The position numbers and the translations under genes were made by a program. From Candidatus Bathyarchaeota archaeon (lineage in GTDB: Archaea; Thermoproteota; Bathyarchaeia; Bathyarchaeales; Bathycorpusculaceae): 17,631 bases of DNA. Where the stretch lies: NCBI GenBank assembly GCA_963775895.1, contig CAVZKL010000003.1, positions 1 through 17,631 of the forward strand, given 5' to 3'. Below the pieces are notes generated by a model. It was not told the DNA's origin, made no database searches, and saw only the letters and a program-made list of their open reading frames with translations. This document shows, piece after piece, positions 8,539 to 15,791 of this stretch; the first letter of the stretch is position 1; each line of letters opens with the position of its first letter.

Positions 8539-10468
8539 TTGAAAAAGTTTTGTAAACCTCTATGCTTTGCAATTCATTGCGTTGCTCTGCGTGGAAATGA
8601 TGATTTTAGCTGTGGCTCCTGCACACGCTGCTTCGACTACCATGGAACTGGTCAACCCGATTGACGGAACAAACGCGTTCAACTTCACAAGCGCCCAGAA
8701 AAGCGTGGGAGACACCTTCGACATAAACATAACCATCGCAAATGTTGCAGACCTGTCCTCTTGGCAGGTTGGGGTCAGCTATGATCCGACACTTCTTAAC
8801 TTCACCAGTTTCGTGCTGCCCCCGGACAACGTGCTCGCGTACGGTGGACCAATATCAACCTATTCCGTTGCTCCAGGATATTTCGTCGGTGGTGCATCAC
8901 TCGGCCCGAGTGCCACACACAATTTCACTGGTTCGGGAAGGCTCGCAGTTCTGACACTGAAAATAATCCAAGGAGTCTCATCGAGCGGCCCCAGACAGGT
9001 TCAGTGTAACATAGCCTTCGAGAATCTGGGAACAGACACTTTTCTGCTGAGCGGACTTGCTTCACTGGATTTCACAACAGTCAATGCACACTACACCTAC
9101 ACGGCACCGCCTCCGCCACCAGCGATTCTGTACATTAATCCCGCGAAAATCGTGGACCCAACGCTCACACCAGGCGCTCAATTCAACACAAGCTTGAGCA
9201 TAGGAAACGCAACTGACCTCAACCAGTGGAGCGCAGACATTCTGTACGATAACACTATACTAAACGCGACTGGCGTGGAGGAAGGTGATTTTCTGAAATC
9301 CTTGAACTCGACAACCTTCAGCTTCACGATTCAGCAAAACTATAACGCCACGAACGGCTTGATCCAATTGAGTTGCACACTGTCGTCAGGTGGGGCAAAC
9401 GGAAACGGAAACCTATCAACGATCACCTTCCAAGTTATCGGCTTGGGTCAAACCGCAATCAAAATAGTCAACGCCTCCCTGCTGGACCCATCAAGCTTGA
9501 CTCTCCCATTCAACACCGCAGACGGCTACTTCAACAACATCCTCATGGCAAAACTGAGCGTTGACCCGCCTGAAGTCACGGGTTCACAATACGTGCCAGG
9601 AACAACTTTCACAATCAACGTAACTCTGGAGGGCGTTGAAGACTTCAAATCGACAGTGTTCAACTTAACCTACGTCCCTTCAGTGATACAAGAGATCGCC
9701 ATCAACGTCCCATCAGTCCTCGGACAAACACCAATCAAGAAGCTTCAAGTCGACGATGTCGCCGGCTACATTTGGGTCAACGTAACCTTCCATAACGGAA
9801 TATCAACATTCACACCGGTGACACTGATGACCGTGCAGTTCGAAGTTCTTGCGATGGGCGTTAGCCCGCTGAACCTCACCGACACGCAACTATATGACGT
9901 AAACAATAACCCGATAACGCACGACGTACAACACGGAATCTTCATAGGCATCATCCGCCACGTTGCGGTTACAGACGTCATAACAGACCTTCAGATCGCC
10001 TATCAAGGCTGGAACGTAATGGTCAACGTGACGGTGAAGAACAAGGGAAACATGACTGAAACATTCGACGTTCACTTCTACTTCGACAGCAACCTCGGCG
10101 GAACCATGATCGTCAACAACCTCGTTCCGGGCGAAGAAAGAGTCATACCCATGATATGGAACACGTCGACGGTGCAACCCTCCATAAGCCACAACTACAC
10201 CATCTCAGGCCTAGCCGATCCAGCACCGTTCCAAACAGACCTGTCAGACATCAATTTCACGGATGGAACCGTAAACATACGCGTCTTGGGAGACGTGAAC
10301 GGCGACGGAAAAGTGGACATAAAAGACATAGCTCAACTCGTACAAGTGTTCCACACTTTTCCAGGCAAACCGAACTGGAATCCCCTGTTCGACTTGGACA
10401 GGAACGGCGTCATAGACATGCGTGACATAGCGATTTGCGTCATGAACTTCGGAAAGAGCGCTCCGTAA
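8539..10468 (+). CDS. Scaffoldin-like secreted protein: 3 cohesin-like domains, CARDB/Ig-like domain and C-terminal dockerin
   Basis: Cohesin-like units at about 8640-9100, 9122-9540 and 9548-9955; APPPPP linker 9104-9121; CARDB-like VAVTDV..VNVTVKNKG..ETFDV..WNT; dockerin GDVNGDGKVDIKDIA..PNWNPLFDLDRNGVIDMRDIA. Likely start is TTG 8539 after AGGAG with one extra base before 8573 (MKKFCKPLCFAFIALL...); the ORF track starts at 8567. Confidence 0.88.
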
Positions 10469-10484
10469 CCCACCACTTTTTTTT
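10469..10484 (+). terminator. Archaeal oligo-T terminator candidate
   Basis: CCCACCAC followed by T8 immediately after the stop codon. Confidence 0.6.
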
Positions 10485-10520
10485 GGATCAAAAACACTCT
10501 TGACCTTGCCTCAGCGCACC

Positions 10521-10537
10521 GCGGCAAGCATATATAC
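10521..10537 (+). promoter_or_regulatory. BRE/TATA promoter candidate
   Basis: GCGGCAAGCATATATAC, 69 nt before ATG 10590; shares GCGGCAAG with the oppB promoter. Confidence 0.6.
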
Positions 10538-10589
10538 TTCTAAATTGTAAAATTAGTCCACACAACCCCAAGTTTGCGGAAGTCTCAAA

Positions 10590-12149
10590 ATGAAGTTGCG
10601 ATCCATCAAAAGAATCGCCGTGGCGTTGATCATAGTTCAACTCTTCACTGTCTCTGTCTTAACGGCGCGTGGCGCCGAGGCACAGGCTCAGAGGACGCTG
10701 AGAATTGTTGACGATGCCACCGGATCAGACCATGTAAACCTCGGAAATGAGACTCAGCCAATACAACAGGGAGGCTATCCGTTCGCAGTAAGAGTATTGC
10801 TCGACGGAGCAACAACCGGCGTCGCGTTCTGGCAGGTGACAGTCACCTTTGACAACAACTCAATGAGATGCACAAACGTTCTAATCCCTGAAACAAACCC
10901 TTCCTACATCTTTTTCGGAAAGCAGGAAGTCTCGACTGTTGACATGCGTAATGAGACTCAGGACGCCGTGTACGGAGGTCAACCATCCGTTGTGGCTGCC
11001 GGTGGACTGGTCTTTATTGACCAGCCAGCGAACGTGACCAACAGTGCAATTCTCTGTATAATGAATTTCACAGCTCGGAAAACAGGGAACTTCACCTTGT
11101 CCCTTATCGGAGTCAAAGACTACTCAGCCACATTTATACTGGACCCCACGAACACACCTATATCTCAAGGGGGCCAGTCTTACACAACTGCACCTTTCTC
11201 AGTGAGCGTTTTTGGAGCGGCCTCGAAACCAGTTGCTGCTTTCACTGTTTCGCCACAAAACCCCAAAGCGAACCAAGTCGTTACCTTCGACGCGTCTTCA
11301 AGCTACGATCCCGGTGGCGAGTCAATTCAAACCTACAAGTGGGATTTCGGCGACAACACCACGACAACAAAAAATGGCACTCAGCCACGACTGAACCACA
11401 CATACTCAGTGAATGGGCTCTACCTGGTTAACCTGACAGTTGCGAACACTGACAACCTCACAGGTTCAACGATCATGCAGTTGCAGATTGGCTCAACACC
11501 AACCGTGGCCTTCGCATACTCTCCGTCAGGCATAATACTGCCCAACGACCAAGTGACTTTCAACGCGTCGGAAAGTGCGGCTCAGAATTCGACGATAATC
11601 TCTTACCTGTGGGATTTTGGCGATAATTCGACAGTCGCCGCAAACGACACGGTCGTAACTCATAGGTATTCGAAGAGGGGCGTCTATAACGTGAGCCTGA
11701 CTGTTACGGATAACGACGGCCTATTCAACTCGACAGTCATCGAGCTGCAAATAGGAAAACCACCATCGCCATTGTTTACCTGGACACCGCAATTTCCTTT
11801 TGTTGAAGACAACGTGACCTTCACCGCACAAGCGACTCCTGATACTGGAGTATCAATCACAGCATACATTTGGGATTTCGGTGAAGTCGCTGGGCCTGAA
11901 AATGGTAGTGCCATCATGATTCATCCTTATGTCTCCGAAGACAATTACATAGTCACCTTAAAGGTCTACGACAGCGATGGACTGCATACCTCGTACAACC
12001 AAACCGTCCCCGTGGCCAGCAGGGCGGGTCAAGGACAGAAGGTCAACTACACGAATCAGATCCTTGCAGCGCTTGTCGTGGTGCTAATCGCAGTGGCACT
12101 CGTCATTAGAAGACGAAACAGAAAGAAAGAAGAAGTATTAGAAATCTAG
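10590..12149 (+). CDS. Membrane-anchored surface protein: N-terminal cohesin-like domain, 3 PKD domains, C-terminal TM helix
   Basis: Signal peptide; WQVTVTFDN..ILCIMNFTARKTG..TFILDP (cohesin-like, weaker match); PKD motifs YKWDFGD, YLWDFGD, YIWDFGE; tail ILAALVVVLIAVALVI-RRRNRKK. Confidence 0.85.
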   Translation: MKLRSIKRIAVALIIVQLFTVSVLTARGAEAQAQRTLRIVDDATGSDHVNLGNETQPIQQGGYPFAVRVLLDGATTGVAFWQVTVTFDNNSMRCTNVLIPETNPSYIFFGKQEVSTVDMRNETQDAVYGGQPSVVAAGGLVFIDQPANVTNSAILCIMNFTARKTGNFTLSLIGVKDYSATFILDPTNTPISQGGQSYTTAPFSVSVFGAASKPVAAFTVSPQNPKANQVVTFDASSSYDPGGESIQTYKWDFGDNTTTTKNGTQPRLNHTYSVNGLYLVNLTVANTDNLTGSTIMQLQIGSTPTVAFAYSPSGIILPNDQVTFNASESAAQNSTIISYLWDFGDNSTVAANDTVVTHRYSKRGVYNVSLTVTDNDGLFNSTVIELQIGKPPSPLFTWTPQFPFVEDNVTFTAQATPDTGVSITAYIWDFGEVAGPENGSAIMIHPYVSEDNYIVTLKVYDSDGLHTSYNQTVPVASRAGQGQKVNYTNQILAALVVVLIAVALVIRRRNRKKEEVLEI

Positions 12150-12232
12150 TCGGCGACCACTAGACTTTGCGTCTTCTTTCGACCGCAAGGCTCAAATATA
12201 TGTTGTCAAGGAAAAAGAGTTAGGTGTACAAT

Positions 12233-13280
12233 ATGAAAGTTGAAAAACAACTAGTCTTACTGCTAATCTTGTCAGCCGCACTTACTACAATGTTCCTCGC
12301 ATCTTTCGCCAGCACAGTTCGATCAGCTCCTGCACAAACAGCAAAAATGATAATCCAACCGGCAAAGCCATCGGACATCACCTTCTACGCGAACTACACA
12401 ACGCTACCTGCCACAATCACATTCAACATAAGCGTCGTCAACGTAACCAACCTAGGTTCATGGCAAGTCGGAGTGCAATATGACAAAAACGTACTGAACT
12501 ACAGCAGCATTTCACTCCCAGCAGACAATGTCTTCGCCGGCCAATAGCCCGTAATAGCAGGTCCAGACCTGTCGGTATGCAGGACTGGTCATATACGGTG
12601 CGGGTGCCGGCCCCTCGCAGCCAGGTTTCAACGGAAACGGGGTGCTTGCTCAGATCACGCTGAGTGTAAATGCGTCAGACACTGTCCCTACGTCCTCAAC
12701 GATCGGGTTCGAAGGACTATCAACGGACACGTTTCTTTTCACACTTGGTCTCACAGACATTCCTTTCACTCCAGTGACAGCGACGTTCAACTACACTTAT
12801 GACACGCAGGGAACTGTAGTGACTCACACCATAACAGGCACGAACAATCTTGTAGTGACATCCTCTAACGCGACGATTGCTCCGAACTCTGCAGGAATCG
12901 ACACGACGAACAAAGTGATATCGTTCAATGTAACGGGCAACCCAGGCAATACTTCATATCTCTTCATACAACTGCCAATGGACGTGATAAATGTCACGAA
13001 TATGAACGACTGGAAGCTGACGCTGAACGGAGTGCTCGTCTACAATGCCAGTGCATCACTGGACGCCACAGTGAACGGTGTCGTCATACAACCCCAGATA
13101 ACTGCAAACGCCACGTACACGGACGTATACATTCCGCAGTTTGCGTTCGCCAGCCAAGTCACATTCGGAACTCAAGGAGACAATATCATACCAGAACTGT
13201 CGAACGTGCTAATCGTAATGCTCATAGTGTCTTCAGTAACAGTAGCCATCGTGAAAGGCAAGACTAGAAAGAAACTATAG
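12233..13280 (+). CDS. Single-cohesin surface protein of about 348 aa with PEF-CTERM-like (IPEL) sorting tail; split by an in-frame TAG (12545-12547) and a +1 shift (about 12578)
   Basis: Joins track ORFs 12224-12547 and 12642-13280: WQVGVQYDKNVL..LPADNVFAGQ*PVIAGPDLSV/AGLVIYGAGAGPSQPGFNGNGVLAQITL..DTFL is colinear with the other cohesins. Ends IIPELSNVLIVMLIVSSVTVAIVKGKTRKKL. AGGTG at 12222-12226 precedes ATG 12233. Confidence 0.8.
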
Positions 13281-13293
13281 AAACAGAAAGAAC

Positions 13294-13311
13294 TCACCAT
13301 TCTTTTTTTTT
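13294..13311 (+). terminator. Archaeal oligo-T terminator candidate
   Basis: TCACCATTC followed by T9 after the stop at 13280. Confidence 0.6.
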
Positions 13312-13379
13312 ATCTTTGCAGAAACGAAAAAGCAAGGGCAAAAAGTACAAATACTTTCATTCATATTAATTTTAACAAC

Positions 13380-13571
13380 ATGGCCTACATTATTCTGCAG
13401 CTGATAGGCTTGGTCCTGGCATTTTGTGGTTTGGTAGCTTTGTCATTCGTGTTGGCGCTTTACATAAGCATAAAGAAACTCGGAGGCAGTCTTGAAAGGA
13501 GGCATCTTCTCGTGATAACTGGAGTCGTGTTTCTTTTGTTCCTAGGAGCCATCGTACTGTCAATTGTGTGA
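13380..13571 (+). CDS. Small hypothetical membrane protein (2 TM helices)
   Basis: 63 aa with two hydrophobic stretches separated by a basic loop (KKLGGSLERRH); fills an otherwise empty gap. Confidence 0.6.
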   Translation: MAYIILQLIGLVLAFCGLVALSFVLALYISIKKLGGSLERRHLLVITGVVFLLFLGAIVLSIV

Positions 13572-13632
13572 TCAACCGCTTGGTTTTTATGAATGATGTT
13601 GCATATGTTATAGACTGGGGAGAAATCGAATA

Positions 13633-14139
13633 ATGCGCAGACACAGAAGCAACAGGAACAAGTACCTGCTCATCGCCATACTTCTCTTAGTTGTCGTTAT
13701 CGTTGCCGCATTTACAGTCTTTTTTACGGCAAAAGGTGAGAAACCCTTGGCCAGCGAGTACCTCACAGTAGAACACACTGCAAGCACAGCTTACTATTCA
13801 AACCCGTCCAATACGACAATGATATTTACAGTCCTCGGTCTGAACGTCACAGCAGTCGGTGGTGATGCGACTGGCCTCTATGTTCATTGCAAATCCCAAG
13901 CGGATCCAGTGGACGCCGAACTCGAAGAATTGGCCAAAGGAAAAACATGGGACCTGCCAATAACCCTCACTGGAGGAGACTACAACTATAGGGGACTTCA
14001 ACTCAAGAAAAACACGCAGGGCATGCTTGAAGTTGATGTCACCGTCGGCTGTAACGAGGCCCGAAGTACTGTAATATCTGTTCTGGTTGATCCTAAGGAC
14101 GTGTACATCACGGCGGAAGGCGAAATTCTGAATCCATAG
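13633..14139 (+). CDS. Hypothetical protein with N-terminal membrane anchor and beta-rich external domain
   Basis: Basic N-terminus MRRHRSNRNK, about 20 hydrophobic residues, then a beta-strand-like domain with sequons; GGGGAG upstream. Confidence 0.75.
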   Translation: MRRHRSNRNKYLLIAILLLVVVIVAAFTVFFTAKGEKPLASEYLTVEHTASTAYYSNPSNTTMIFTVLGLNVTAVGGDATGLYVHCKSQADPVDAELEELAKGKTWDLPITLTGGDYNYRGLQLKKNTQGMLEVDVTVGCNEARSTVISVLVDPKDVYITAEGEILNP

Positions 14140-14271
14140 GAGAAACTCACCGGCACAATCGTTTCTTCCAGAGCGCGCGCTTTGCTCAAAGATGGCCCCT
14201 TCAAGGAATGTCTGAAGTCAACGTCACCATTGACTGTGACGAGGTCGAAACCGCTGGGTTCACGGTCTTTG

Positions 14272-15594
14272 TCAATCAGCAGGACAACACCAGTACCTTG
14301 ACAAACGAGCTTTTTCTTGCCGCTCCGATGAAAATGCAACACGCGGATGACCACTAATCAGAATGCTCAGGAAAAGAGTGACCACAAGAAAGATTGCTGC
14401 CAAGGCCAAAGGGCTCAACTCTGGGAACACAGTCGTCCCCGTTATCTGAATCTCACCTTCTTCCATCCCACTGTAACTGAAATATAGGTAGGTGTTTTCC
14501 GCGTCTACCATGCATAGATATTGAAGTGATGTCGAACCATTTTGCTGAAATTGAACAATCCAATCAATGGTTTTTTCGCACGACAACAAATCCTTCGGAA
14601 TCTGTACTCTTGACACACTCGTGGGTCCTTGGATAGGTGTTACAAAGAGATCCAGACTCCTCTCTGAAGCGTCAAACGCCACTCTGGTCACGGTCGAGTT
14701 TGTTGATGCTTGAACATTGAATTCCCCTTCAGGAACCTGAACGTCCATGTTCGTGATGGGGTTTGCGAGAGGATAATTGTCAAAAGAAAAGCCTTGGTCA
14801 AAGATGCCGTCGCTTCCACTTTGGTCCTGACCACTTCCACTCTTGAAGTCGCTACCGAGATAATCACTCCAATAATTTCCTCCTGAAGGATAACCATCGT
14901 CAAAATAGTTGATCCCACCAGGAGAATAGGCCTGAATAGTGTTGTTCTCAAAGTTGTTGTGGTACATCCTGTTGAACTGAGAAGCCGTATCTGCAAACAC
15001 TATTCCGCGGCTACTGTTCAGTATAGTGTTTCCAACGACGACGTTGTCACTGCTTCCTTCCCGCAAATTGATTCCCATTGAACTGCATCCAGAAACTCTG
15101 CATCGGCCTATTTCTGTGAAGTTTGAAGAGCGAATCTCAACTCCGCATCCAGCGGTTTTAGCAGTAACATTCAGCACTCTTGCACCCGTAACACCGTAGA
15201 ATCGGACGGCAGGAGCTTGAACAAACGGGTCCATGCTGGTATTCTGCAAGGTCAAGTTCTCTATCAGAACGTTGTCCGCAACGACTTGAAACAGAACTTG
15301 AGCCTCTCCGCCTCCATCCACAACCGTGCCGTCAGCACTCTGTCCAACGATAGAAACGGTCGTATTGACAACTATCATAGATTGAGCGTAAAGACCGTTC
15401 TTGACGAGTATCGTGTCCCCGGCCGATGCCGTGTTCACTGCCTGAGCTATTGATTGGCCAGGCTGCACGACGATGATTCCGCCTGAGCCGAACACGACAC
15501 TTTTTGACCAATGTAGCCACGCAACTGATGCAATCATAATAAAAAACAGAACGAGTAGAGTGCTTGCACGCCGGAGGGTCTTTGACTTAGCCAT
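14272..15594 (-). CDS. Surface protein with right-handed parallel beta-helix (NosD/CASH-like, pectin-lyase fold) and PEF-CTERM-like (FPEL) tail
   Basis: SIAQAVNTASAGDTILVKNGLY; repeated N-x-I/V-x-x-N strands; YHNNFENN; GGNYWSDY..GSDGIFD..DNYPL; then IPKDLL..W..NTYLYFSY..ITGTTVFPEL plus a hydrophobic helix. Confidence 0.85.
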   Translation of the reverse strand: MAKSKTLRRASTLLVLFFIMIASVAWLHWSKSVVFGSGGIIVVQPGQSIAQAVNTASAGDTILVKNGLYAQSMIVVNTTVSIVGQSADGTVVDGGGEAQVLFQVVADNVLIENLTLQNTSMDPFVQAPAVRFYGVTGARVLNVTAKTAGCGVEIRSSNFTEIGRCRVSGCSSMGINLREGSSDNVVVGNTILNSSRGIVFADTASQFNRMYHNNFENNTIQAYSPGGINYFDDGYPSGGNYWSDYLGSDFKSGSGQDQSGSDGIFDQGFSFDNYPLANPITNMDVQVPEGEFNVQASTNSTVTRVAFDASERSLDLFVTPIQGPTSVSRVQIPKDLLSCEKTIDWIVQFQQNGSTSLQYLCMVDAENTYLYFSYSGMEEGEIQITGTTVFPELSPLALAAIFLVVTLFLSILISGHPRVAFSSERQEKARLSRYWCCPAD

Positions 15595-15733
15595 GGCCTA
15601 TCTCTCTTTTCAACATTCAAATAGACTTTGTTGCAAATAAACATAGGGTGCAAAATCAAAAACACGATCGAATGCATCACTAATCAAGAATCCGCTCTTT
15701 TTCCATATTGGACTTTTTTCGTATAGAAGTCTG

Positions 15734-15749
15734 TTCCATAACCCTTAAA
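15734..15749 (+). promoter_or_regulatory. BRE/TATA-like promoter motif, copy 4
   Basis: TTCCATAACCCTTAAA, 58 nt before ATG 15792; GAGGAGGGAG ribosome-binding site at 15781-15790. Confidence 0.65.
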
Positions 15750-15791
15750 AAGTCACCTAGAGATAAAACTATTGCGCGAGGAGGAGGGAGA

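Noticed and set aside
5496-9100. Diversity-generating retroelement template/variable repeat pair from the two similar cohesin regions
   Set aside because: Differences are not adenine-specific, many are at third codon positions, and no reverse transcriptase is present; this is ordinary paralogy.
12545-12547. In-frame TAG as pyrrolysine or stop-codon recoding
   Set aside because: TAG is the evident stop of several genes here (4228, 7319, 12149, 13280, 14139), a +1 shift follows about 30 nt later, and an in-frame TAA occurs at 5844; error or mutation is simpler.
5399-13280. A true cellulolytic cellulosome
   Set aside because: No glycoside hydrolase or CBM3 module is recognisable in the window; only the scaffold logic is supported.
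13633-13740. Type IV pilin or archaellin class III signal peptide
   Set aside because: No [KR][GA] cleavage site directly before the hydrophobic stretch.
13998-14354. Separate minus-strand gene, or the true frameshifted tail (HRSGKKK) of the beta-helix protein
   Set aside because: It runs antisense into the 13633-14139 gene. A +1 error near 14355 would give a more basic tail but cannot be established from sequence alone.
14272-15594. nosD of nitrous oxide reductase maturation
   Set aside because: No nosZ, nosF or nosY neighbours; only the generic beta-helix fold is shared.
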